In this document: positions 29,931 through 41,900 of the stretch, piece by piece | Layout of the letters: each line of letters starts with the position of its first letter | How positions within the stretch are numbered: position 1 is the first letter of the stretch | Source: Bacteroidota bacterium | Lineage (GTDB): Bacteria; Bacteroidota; Bacteroidia; Flavobacteriales; Flavobacteriaceae | NCBI GenBank assembly: GCA_046048915.1 | Contig: JBJOFE010000001.1 | Location: 50,044 to 114,043, forward strand | Direction: 5' to 3' | Length of the DNA: 64,000 bases | Notes under the pieces: model-generated | What the model saw: only the letters and a program-made list of their open reading frames with translations | What the model was told of the DNA's origin: nothing | Databases searched by the model: none | Position numbers and translations under genes: made by a program

Positions 29931-32900
29931 TTATTTTGTAATGTATAAATAACCCGAACGTTGCTTCTCCACTGCTTCTTTATTGACATAACGTACAATA
30001 TAGAAATATGTGCCTTTTGGTAATTCTGCCGATTGGGAAATCGTTACTCGGCCCTCTGAAATACCTCTGAAGAATTTGTTGTCTTGACCATATCCATCCT
30101 CCTTATACACCTCAATACCCCAACGGTTGTAAATCGTTACCGTATTGTTTGGATATTGATCTATTCCTCTGATCACAAAAACATCATTCAATCCATCACC
30201 GTTAACCGTCATCGAATTGAAAATCTCTAAATCATCGTCAACCGAAACATGATTGTTGAATTGTAAATAATCCAAAATGCCATTGTTGTCTTCGTCAGAA
30301 GACAATTTTGGGTTTGAGAAAACATACCCTTCATTATAATCTGGCAAACCATCGCCATCTGTATCTAATCCATCTCCAGATAAATTTGGATTTGTTCCTT
30401 GAAGTTGCTCTATGTAATCTGGGACACCATCACCATCAGAATCTTTAGCTCCTGGAATATTTGGATTCGTTCCTTGTTGTGTTTCTATATAATCCGGAAC
30501 ACCATCGCCATCAGTATCTTTGGCGCCTGGAACATTCGGATTTGTACCGTCTAAAATTTCTTGGGTATTGGGTACTCCATCCCCATCAATATCCGGATCA
30601 TTAGCATCATTTATACCATCTCCATCTGTATCGGTTCCGTTATCAATAATTCCATCGCCATTTACATCAGCATCTGGGTTGTTTGGAATTTTATCCCCAT
30701 CAATATCAGGATCGGTTAGATTCCCAATGCCGTCTCCATCAGTATCCTCATCAATAAACAAACCGAAAGATGCATTTGACGATCCTGCAGGATTAGTCGC
30801 AGTTATAGTATAATTAATAACTGCTGACGCTCTTGATGGTCGACCCGAAACAACTCCGGTTGTTGAATTAATTGTTACCCCATTAGGTAATGCTGGATTA
30901 ATAGTGTACGATTCAATTAGTCCGCCAGAATTAATGGTTACAATAGGTGTTAGATCTTTATTTATAACCCCCCCGTAATTATTTTGTGCCAAAGAAATAC
31001 TTGGCGGTGCCAAGGTTTGAATATTTGTATTGGTTGAACTTGCGGTTGGGCTAGCAAAAACGTCTTGATAACTGATCGTTATATTATATGTTGTAAATGC
31101 TAAAGCAGTTCCCGAAACAACGTTGCTTAACAAAGTTGGATTTGTTCCAACAGGATAGGCAAAAGAAACAGAAGTAAGGTTATTCATTACCCAAACAATA
31201 GGTGTTCCACCAGTAGAAGGAGTAAATACCAATTGAACCGAACCTGGTAAAGGGGCTTCAGGTAAAATATAATTTATTTGAAGTGTCGTAGCTCCTGTGG
31301 TATTGTTTCGCGGCGAAGTCAATACGGGTGTCTGGGTTATTCCTACCCCTACTGTCAACTGAGCTGAAATAGATTGAGCGTTGAAATTAGTATCGGATTC
31401 TTTAGTTGCAGTTATTAAAGTTGAGCCCGAACCGGTAATTGTAACCATATTTCCAGAAATAGTAGCAACAGAAGGATTACTTGAAATATACGTAATTAAT
31501 CCCGTCCCACCAGAACTTGTTGGTGCAATTAAAGCAAATTGACCGTCATCAGTTGTTTTAGAAATTGGATTAAAATTACTCAAAACAGGAGTTGACTTAT
31601 TTACTGTCAACGTAGTAGAAGTAGTCGCTTCTAAATAATTAGAATCTGTAGCTTGAGTGGCCGTAATGGTAGCGGTTCCTGCGCCAATTATAGAAATTGT
31701 ATTTCCGTTTATGGTCGCTACATTGGTATTACTAGAAACAAAAGTTATCGCTCCTGTAGCAGCCGATGTTGGTGCAACTAGATTGAAAGATGCATCGCCA
31801 AAGTTTTTTGTAACTGATGGCATAGCACTCAAAGTGGCAACCGCCTTATTAACCGTAATTGTAGTGGATACACTGCCTGGATCATAATTAGCATCTCCCG
31901 CTTGTGATACTGTAATAGTTGCTGTCCCAGCTCCAACTATAGTGACAGTATTTCCAATAATAGAAGCAACATTTGAATCACTTGATGCATAACTAAATGC
32001 TCCTGTTGAATTAGTTGTTGGCGCCGTTAAATTGAAAGTAGCATCACCAAAGGTTTTAGTAATTGGAGCTATTGAACCAATTGCTGGTAATGTCTTATTT
32101 ACCACAAGTGAAATCGTAGTTGATCCTGAAAGATAATTGGTCGTTGTAGCTTGATTTACAGTTATTGTTGTGGTTCCAATTCCCTGAATTGTAACTAAAT
32201 TTCCATTAATCGTAGCTATTGATGGATTATTGGAACTATAAGTAAACGCCCCTGTTGAATTGGTTTGGGGAGGAGTAAGTATAAAATCAGCATCTCCATA
32301 ATTTTTTGTTATGGCCGTGGTGGTCCCAAAAACAACTGGCGCTTTGTTTACAGCTAAACTTACTGAAGTTGCCGCTGCAAGATAATTGGAATCCGTTGCT
32401 TGGTCAACTGAAATAGTAGCGGTTCCAGCACCCACTATTGATACTAGATCTCCTGAAATAGTAGCCACATTAGTGTCGCTTGAAGTATACGCAAATGCAC
32501 CTGTTGAATTCGTACTTGGTGGTATAATTGTAAAATTGGCATCTCCAAATGTTTTACTTATTGCAGACATACTTCCTATAGTAGGCGCGATTTTATTTAC
32601 TGTCAACGTAGTAGAAGTAGTCGCTTCTAAATAATTAGAATCTGTAGCTTGAGTGGCCGTAATGGTAGCGGTTCCTGCGCCAATTATAGAAATTGTATTT
32701 CCGTTTATGGTCGCTACATTGGTATTACTAGAAACAAAAGTTATCGCTCCTGTAGCAGCCGATGTTGGTGCAACTAGATTGAAAGATGCATCGCCAAAGT
32801 TTTTTGTAACTGATGGCATAGCACTCAAAGTGGCAACCGCCTTATTAACCGTAATTGTAGTGGATACACTGCCTGGATCATAATTAGCATCTCCCGCTTG

Positions 32901-35900
32901 TGATACTGTAATAGTTGCTGTCCCAGCTCCAACTATAGTGACAGTATTTCCAATAATAGAAGCAACATTTGAATCACTTGATGCATAACTAAATGCTCCT
33001 GTTGAATTAGTTGTTGGCGCCGTTAAATTGAAAGTAGCATCACCAAAGGTTTTAGTAATTGGAGCTATTGAACCAATTGCTGGTATGGCTTTATTCACTG
33101 TTAATGTTGCTGTTGTACTACCAATATCATAATCAGCATCTGAAGCCAAGTTGGCTGTAATAGTTGCTGATCCTGCCCCAGTAATGGAAACTGTATTTCC
33201 ACTAATAGTAGCTACTGCAGTATTGCTCGACACATAACTAAATGTCCCTGAAGAATTTGTTGATGGATTGACAATGTCAAAATTAGCATCTCCAAAAGTC
33301 TTTGTTCCAATTGACATTGTCCCAATTGAAGGAATTCTTTTGTTTACAGTAATTGGAATTGTCACAGGGGTACTTCCCACAGCATTTGTAGCCGTAATTG
33401 TATAGTTAGCCGTTGGTGTATAAGAAGTAGGAGTTCCAGAAATTACTCCTGTTGTAGTATCGAATAGCATTCCAGAAGGTAAACTTGGTGCAATACTAAA
33501 AGTGATTGGTGTTAATCCAGAAACCGTAGGAATCAAATTCGAAATGGCTACTCCAGCAGTATAATTAGATGGTGTAACATAACTAAGCACAGGTACATCG
33601 ACTACTTGAATTGTAAAAGTGACCGTAGCATTTGGCGCAAAGCCATTATTGGCAGTAACTGTATAGTTTTGAGCTGCTTGTATAGTCGTTGGCATTCCAA
33701 AAATTTGACCAGTAGAGGTATCAAATACTAAACCAAGTGGTAATGATGGACTCACGCTATATGTAGTGCTAGTTGTTGAATTTACAGTAGGGGTAACAGT
33801 GGTCATAATTGCATTTCGGGCCAGGATTAGATTACCTCCGTAACTTAAGTTAGAGGCTGGACCTCCAATTGTAATTTCTATAGAAGCAGAAGATCTACCC
33901 ATAAAGTTAAATGCCGTTACTGTATAAGTAGCATTAGCCGTAATTTGTGTAGGCGTGCCGCTAATTACCCCAGTAGTTGTATTAAAATTCAATCCCGCTG
34001 GTAACGAACGATCAATGCTGTACCTAGTAACAACGCCGCCATAAACTGTTGGAGTTAATGGAGTAATTGCAACCCCTACCCCAAAGATGTTTGGAGTAGT
34101 GTAACTTAAATCGGTTGGCTCATTATCATTAACTAAAATGGAAATGGTTTTAGATACAGTTCCCCCTGTATTCGTTCCGGTAATAGCATAATCGGTATTT
34201 GCAGAAGGTACCGTTGGTCGCCCAGTAATAGCACCGGTAGTTGTATTTAATGTTAATCCAGCAGGTAAACTAGGCGATATTGCATAACTCACTATTGCCC
34301 CCCCAGAATTGGATGGTGTCAAAGGCGTGATGAGTACCCCTTTAAACAATACTATTGGAGTAGAATATTCCAAACTTGTTGGGGCTGTATCCGTAATTCT
34401 AATGGAAATAGTTGTGGACGTACTGCCCCCTGAATTTGTCCCAGTTATAGTATAGGTTGTAGTTGCAAGTGCTAAGGAAGGTGTTCCTGAAATAGCCCCT
34501 GTAACAGGGTTTAAAACTAACCCTCCTGGAAGTGATGGACTTATAGTATAATTAGTAATTGTCCCCCCTGAATTAGATGGAAACAAAGTTGAAATTGAAG
34601 TTCCTACTGAATACACATTTGGAGTTGAATAACTTAAAGCAGAAGGCGCAACATCTTTAACTTCTATAGTAAAAATAGCTGTTGTACTACTTGTAGGGTT
34701 GGTTGCAGTTACGGTATAGGTAACTGGTGAAGCAATTTCTAGAGGTGTTCCGCTAATAACCCCTGTGACAGTATTGAATGATAAGCCTCCATAAGGTAAA
34801 GGAGGATAAATACTGTAACTAGTAACGGCTCCACCCGTTGAAACCGGTGATAAATTACTTATAGCTACACCTTTAGTAAAAATGTTTGGACTAGAATAAC
34901 TGATTGCAGGAGGAGCATACGTAACAGTCAATGTTGTTGCAATACTTCCTGCATTAAAACTTCCAGAAGCAGGTTGTAATGCTGTAATAGTAGCAGTACC
35001 TAACCCTTTAATTGTCGTAGTGTTTCCGTTGATTGTACCAACATTTGGCATACTGCTGAAGTAAGTAAAAGCAGAATTACTTGTACTTGTTGGGCTACTA
35101 ATTGCAAATGGCGCATCACTTACATATTTTGAGAAAGGACTAAAATTAGTAATCACTGGATTTGAATTAGACCCCAAACCAACTGTTAATACCGCAGAAA
35201 TACTAGAAGATCTATATATACCATTGGCTGCTTGCACTGCGGTGATTATTGCAATTCCTGGCGCAACTAATGTAACTGTTGATCCTGAAATTGTGGCTAC
35301 CGCTGGATTGCTACTATAATATGTAAATGCTCCGGCACTATTAGATGTTGGTGCATTTAATATAAAGTCAGGGTTGCTCATTAATTTGTTAATATTGGCA
35401 AAATTACTAAGTGTAGGATATGCAGAGTTAGCTGCCCCAACAGTTATAAATGCCGTATTGGTAGCTGCCGTATAGTTGCCGCTTGCCGCTTGATTAATGG
35501 TAATTACTGATGTTCCAGCACCAACAACAGTAAGCGTATTACCTGAAATTGTTGCAACTCCTGAAGTACCACTACTATAGGTAATTGCGCCAGGAGAATT
35601 GGAAATTGCATTAAGAGTTAGGGTCCCATCCCCAACTGTTGCAGCGTAATTGGGTAAATAAATAGATGGTGTTGTTTTTACTGTTACCGTAAAAGTTATA
35701 TTCCCAGCATTGTAATCGTCAGTTGCCGCTTGTGTAGCTGTAATTGTTGCCACGCCTATCCCATTGATAGCGGCCATAGTTCCATTGATACTTACAATAG
35801 AAGGATCGCTAGTGATGTATGTAAAAATTCCATTACTATTACTTGATGGTAATGGCAAAGCAAAAGTAGAATCAGTAGTAACTTTTGAAATATTCGCAAT

Positions 35901-38900
35901 ACTCCCTATAGTTGGATTTAATGGTGTAGTATTACCATATACAAAACCGCTTGCTGTTGCTGTTCCACCAGGAGTAATCACAGAAATAGTTCCCGTTGAT
36001 CCTGTGCCTACAACCGCTGTGATTGTGGTGCTATTGACAACCGTAAAGGATATTGCTGAGGTACCTCCTAAAGACACAGAGGTGGCATTAGTAAAATTGG
36101 TTCCCGTGATGGTAACTGTTGTGGCTCTACTTGTTTTGGTTGGGGTAAAACTAGATATGGTTGGTGCTGGAACAAACGTAAATCCAGCTAAAGTAGCAGT
36201 TCCTCCCGGCGTGGTAACACTTACGCTTCCTGAAGCGCCGGTGGCCACAGTTGCGGTAATTTGGGTTGGACTATTTACTACAAAAGAGGTTGCAGCAACG
36301 CCACCAAAACTTACCATTGTGGCATTACTTAGTGCTTTCCCTGTAATAACAACACTGCCGTTATTTCCAGCACTTACAGGTGTAAATGAATGGATTACCG
36401 GAACAGCATTTGAAAGCATAAATAATGTACCATTCAGCGGTCCAGTATATTTACTAAATGTAACCGTATTATTTGTTCGAGTTACGGAACCCACTGTTTG
36501 AGCTACCCAATTGTTAGAAATAAAAGCATATAAAACAGGATCTTCCACAAGTCCCGCGATATCTGATGGATCCCATTCAAAAGTTAAGTCTGTACCGTAG
36601 CCAGCAGTATTAACACTAGTTTTTGTTATTTTCCAAGTCCTATTAACCACATTGGTCATTGCCGTGCCTGAACCTGATGTACCACCAGTAAAAACTCCAT
36701 TGTAAACACTTACCGAATACGTATCTATTGTACCCGTATTATTAGTTAAAGTTACTGGATTATACGTGCTATTCCCTACAGGAAATAATGTGGGCACTGA
36801 GCTAGTAGAAATAGTCAAAGCTCCCGTTCCATTTGTTTTTACATAAGACGTTGGTGATGATTCCAAAACAGCACCCCAAGTAGCATTGTAATTACCTAAT
36901 GTGGCAATATTTCCATTTAATCGTAAACTTCCCGAGTTTGAATAGGAAGCACCACTACCATATGTTGAAGAACTATTGGCTAAAACGAATACGTTCGAAG
37001 CTGAAGTAAAATTAGTAGGTGCTGTACCTCCGGTACCTGTTGTACTTGTATTCCATGAACCCAAGGTTTGCATTGCATTAGACCCTGCAGCAGAAGTATA
37101 GTATGACAAAGCTTGCCTCAACTCAATTGTAACAGACAGAGAACAATTATCGCAATTTGTTGCGGTTAATCTGTAAAATCCAGTTTGCGGGTTGTTTGTG
37201 GGATCACTATTAAAATTAGATATAGACAAGTCCGTAGAATAATCGAATGTATTAAACGTAGTATTATTCGCGCTATAACTCCATTCGTAGTTTGTACATC
37301 CATTATTGGTTGTCACTGGGACACTTAAGTTAAAAGAACCTCCTTGAGAAACATAATTAATCGCTTGTGGTGCCTTACGTATGTATGGAGCATTCGCTAG
37401 ATCAACTGGAAAAATCTTAAACTCTGATAAACCCAAGGGTCTATCATTTTGTACTCTAACATATCGAGCATTAACAGCTGCAAAATTAAATGAGCCATAA
37501 CCATCATCACCAGGAACATAATTATACCAATTTCCAGAACTCGCTATCCAACGCGTTCCACTGATGTTAGAAACCACAGTAGTCCAAGTACTCCCATTAG
37601 TGCTAACTTGAATGGATCCTCCTTCTGCATCATAACTATTTTCATATGCTCCCGTTTTCTCTACAAGAACGAAATCATTAGCATCGTTATCAAGAATAGG
37701 AGTTGCCAAATTTGGATCTACATCATTACCAGCATAAGGATTCCAAGTGGAAAGTCCTGCAAGATCAACCCTATTAATTAATTTACTACTTCCTAAATCT
37801 AAGGTAATATAAGCTTGTCCAGCTGCAGAGTTGTTTACTATTAGCCCTGTAGTACTACCGCTGTCAGAATCTCTATATGTTGTAGGATTACCATAATAAT
37901 CTGTTGATCTGTCGCTTAAACTTGGTAATACACTAGTATTTGCTAATGAACCGTAATATGAGTTGTATCCCAGATAACTAATAGCCCATCTAGTATCAGT
38001 ATTATAATCATAATAGTCATAATAACCCGACGCCGATTCATAGTTTTTCCACGATGTAATCACACTAGTATTAGCACCAAACGCAGTCGGAATAGCTGCA
38101 GTAGCCGATTCACAACTTCCAAAAACATCTGCTACATTCAAAATTGCAACGTTACTATAATTTATACAACCTGCAGATTTAATTAATTTAAGTCTATATT
38201 GGTATTTATGGATAAATGGCACAGCAGTGTTAATGGTTAGTGTAGTTGCAGTAGCTGTAGTACCGCTAAATCCAGAATAAGTAACATTCGGATCTATATT
38301 AGCTGTTATATCTGCCCAGTTTAAACCATTATCTGTACTTCGTTGCCAATTAAAAGTAGCTTGATTAGATATGTTAGTCGAGAAAGTAACAGCAGAATTG
38401 GTAATAGCATTAACACTTGATATAGAGTTAACGGTTGGACCGTTATAAACAATATCAACTATTGTTCTAGGACTGCTAACACATCCATTTACATCTGTTA
38501 CTGAAGCATAATAGCTTCTACTTGATGCCGAATTTAAAACTTCTGTAGTATAGGAGTTTCCAGTACCTAAGCTAACCCCTCCTGATAAAGAGCTAAACCA
38601 ATTTACCGCAGTGTTTGCAGGAGGCGTTACGCTAACGGTTGCGGTATTTCCAATGCCACATAAAGTAGTATGTATTGCAGTAGGAGCAGCTGGTAAATCG
38701 TACATAGTTGCGGTAACTGGAGTTTTAGGACTTTCGCAAGTACTACCAGACGAAGTAAGAACAGCCGAAACATATCGAGTCGTAGTAGCTTGGATACTGC
38801 TAACCGTTGCGGTTGAAAGAGAGCCTCCTGTATCTGCTGTATACCATTTCAAAGAACTTCCAGAAGTACTAGTTGCCGATAACACCACGTTAGAATTTTT

Positions 38901-41900
38901 ACATCCCGCATTGGAAACCGTGTTTATAATTGACGGAGTGTTTACAACCGTTGCAATTACTGGAGTTCTTGTTGTTGAAATACCATTGCAGTTAGTTCCT
39001 TCAGCATAAAAAGTAGTGGTGGTGGAAATAGCAGGAGTTACAAAAACAGTTCCGGTTCCAATAGAGGACCCTCCGGTTGCCGTAGTATACCAATTGATAT
39101 TAGCCCCAACATCAGTTCCTCCAGTAAAACCTGCAGCTACAGTTACTGAACCTGTATCACATCGTGATCCGGCAGTAGTAACAACTATTGGCGGAGTAGT
39201 TATTATCGTGGCTTGTATTGCTATTCTTGCTGAAGTAGCAATACATCCATTTGACGTTTCTGCTTGCGCATAATAGTAGGTGGAAGTGGCAATAGTAGGG
39301 GTGGTAAAAGTAGCTCCCGTTCCTAATACAGTACCGCCTGTTGATCCAGCATACCATTTTACCACTCCTCCTGAACTAGAAGCGCCAAGAGTAACTGTTG
39401 ACGTACCACAACTAGTTGCTGGAACATTGGACGTAATAGTAGGATTTGGTGTAACGGTAATAGTAATCGGATTAGTAAAATAAAAAACAGAAGGGGCTGT
39501 TGATATAGCTGCTGCTCTTCTATAATAAGTCGTTCCAATCAATGCAGAAGGAATGGTATAGCCAACTGTGTTAGTCGAAGCTATATCTGACCAACCGCTT
39601 GTTGGAGAGGATGATTTTTGCCATTTATAGGTAATGGTTCCAGCAGAAGAAAAAGTAGCGGGCGATACAGAAGTTAATGCCGCCGGTGTAGTATTGTAAC
39701 AAATTGTTTGATCAGCGCTAATTTTTCCGGCCTCTGCGACTCTGTTTCTGAAGAGCACTATGCCATTAGTTGCGTTTGCTGCAATAATATCCGGTTTATA
39801 ATCGCCATCGATATCGGCTATTTCTAATTGTGGATATGCTCCTGTGTTAATAATTGTTACCGATGGAGCAAAGGAGATAGTACCTACAGACGAAGTGTTT
39901 TCTAAATAAGCTATTTGTGCAATATTGTCACTCACTACCACATCCAGTTTGCCATCACCATTCATGTCGGCTAAAGCCAAACCATAGGTAGCGTTTAATC
40001 CGGTTAATGCAAAATGTTGCGCATCCATAATAGATAAATTCATGTTTGCAGAATCATTTCTAAAAACAGATACAAAACCAGATGTACTATTGGTCGAAAT
40101 CACGTCTAATTTTCCATCTAAATCAAAGTCGGCTAATTTTACTGTATAACCAATTCCGGTGTTAATTGCTTTTGTTGCTGATTCAATAAAACTAAACGTT
40201 TTTACCTCTGGATTTCCTTGGGTTGTGGTATTTTTTAGGATAGAAACTCTTCCTGTTCCTGACAATACAACATCTGCTTTTCCATCACCATTTAAATCAC
40301 CGGATGCGCCAGAAAAATAATTGGTGGCATTCAATTTTTGATTGTATGAATCGGTGTTCGTTGGATTCCCTGTTATGGAAGAAAAAGTAGTTCCTGTGGT
40401 CGTATTTTTTATATAATATAATAGGGCTTGAGAACTATTGGTTCCATTTATACCAAAAATATCGGTGCGGCCATCTAAGTTAATGTCCAATGGTAAAAAG
40501 GAAGCGTTTACTTTGTACTTGCTTGTTGAGGACAACAAAGAATTGAAATTCTGTAACGATGGGGTTCCAGTTGTCGAAGTGTTAATATTCGCAAACCCAC
40601 CATTATTAGTGATGTCATTAGAGCTAGCAAAGTCCATTTTACCATCGTTATTCAAATCGGCAGACAATACGTTTTTTGCAGTTGGAGATGCAGGTATAAC
40701 TCCAGAAATAGCCAAATTTGCCGCCATCGTACTGGAATTAATAACTCCTACTGTAGCTGTGTTTCGTAATATTTGAGGAACTCCAGCGGAAGAATAACTG
40801 AAAATATCCACTTTACCATCTAAATCTACATCCGATAATACAAACTTTTGGTCTGGGCTAGTCGCAAATGTTCCCGTAGTAAATGTGATTGGAGACTCAA
40901 AAGAAGTTAAGGTGTTAGAGTTATAACTTAATCCCGATAGTGCAGTGTTTACTGGTACAAATTTATTACTGCTAATACAGCTTAAATTAGTAGTTGTATT
41001 AAGCACGGTGAAATTGTTAAAACTAGCATTGGCGGGAACAGTAACCGTAATACTGGTGTTTGTTGCAGCAGTGATAGCACATTTTACACCTCCCAAATAG
41101 ACCACATTATTGGCTGGGCTGGCTCCAAAAAACTCTCCTGTTAATGTAACCAAACTTCCTACAGCGCCAGAAAGTGGTGCAATAGCGGTAATTTTAGGAA
41201 TAGCCGAAAAAGTCATAGCCACCTCATCAACGGCTAAAGGGCCACTGTTTTTTCCATTTGAAACATAGGTTGGAGTGGGATAGGTGTATCGCAACGAAGT
41301 ATAAATAACCCCTGTAGTTCCTAAAGGAACAAAAAAGCGCATATTCGCTGTCCCTTGACCAGAAACAATCTGGGCGCCATTATCGACACTCCATTCCAAC
41401 CCAAAATTATTCCCATCATTGTTGCTGGTGAAAGTATAGTCCATATAACCGCCAGGGGTATACCCTGATGCGGTTGTTTGTATGCTTCCGCCTGTAGGGT
41501 ATTTAGTTATAGGTGAGGTTTGTGTAAACGAAGTTTGTTTGTCGGCAGACCATTCAAAAACTACACGATATGTTTCTCCAGGAATCAAATTTTCACTTGT
41601 ATAAGTAACTAAACGATCGGAGCTCAAAGGGGAATTATTCGTGTAAGTAGTCCAATTGGTGGCATTGCTTAAATAGGTTGCCATTTCTGCACCAACAATA
41701 TATTGATTCCCATTCGTAGGTAAAGGCGGAAAACTATTGGCTAACGCAAACAAACATCTTGGTTTGGGATCATCATTACCTGAATTTTTATATTTAAATG
41801 ATAAGGAAATTGACGAAGCGTTCAAAGGAACTACTACATCTTTATAAATGTAAATTTTGCTATTCGTCGCTTGAGGATTCGTAATAGTATTAGTAGTGCC

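Larger units (their letters stand above)
31350..33342 (-). repeat. Array of eight 249-bp (83-aa) Big-like domain units in adhesin 2
   Basis: The unit consensus is K..P.....I.KTFGDA.F.L.AP.TNSTGAF.Y.SS..NVA.I.GN.V.I.GAGTATIT..QA.D.NY. 8 x 249 = 1992 bp fits the span. Confidence 0.85.

Noticed and set aside
35764-36501. 245-aa plus-strand ORF, plus many other 60-270-aa plus-strand ORFs at 30.5-42.5, 46.3-48.5, 49.2-53.8 and 57.0-59.7 kb
   Set aside because: All lie antisense to, and entirely within, the giant minus-strand adhesin ORFs. Their V/P/A/I-rich or Cys/Trp/Ser-rich repetitive translations are what the reverse complement of T/S/G/N/D-rich repeats would give, and the repeated copies simply mirror the sense-strand duplications.
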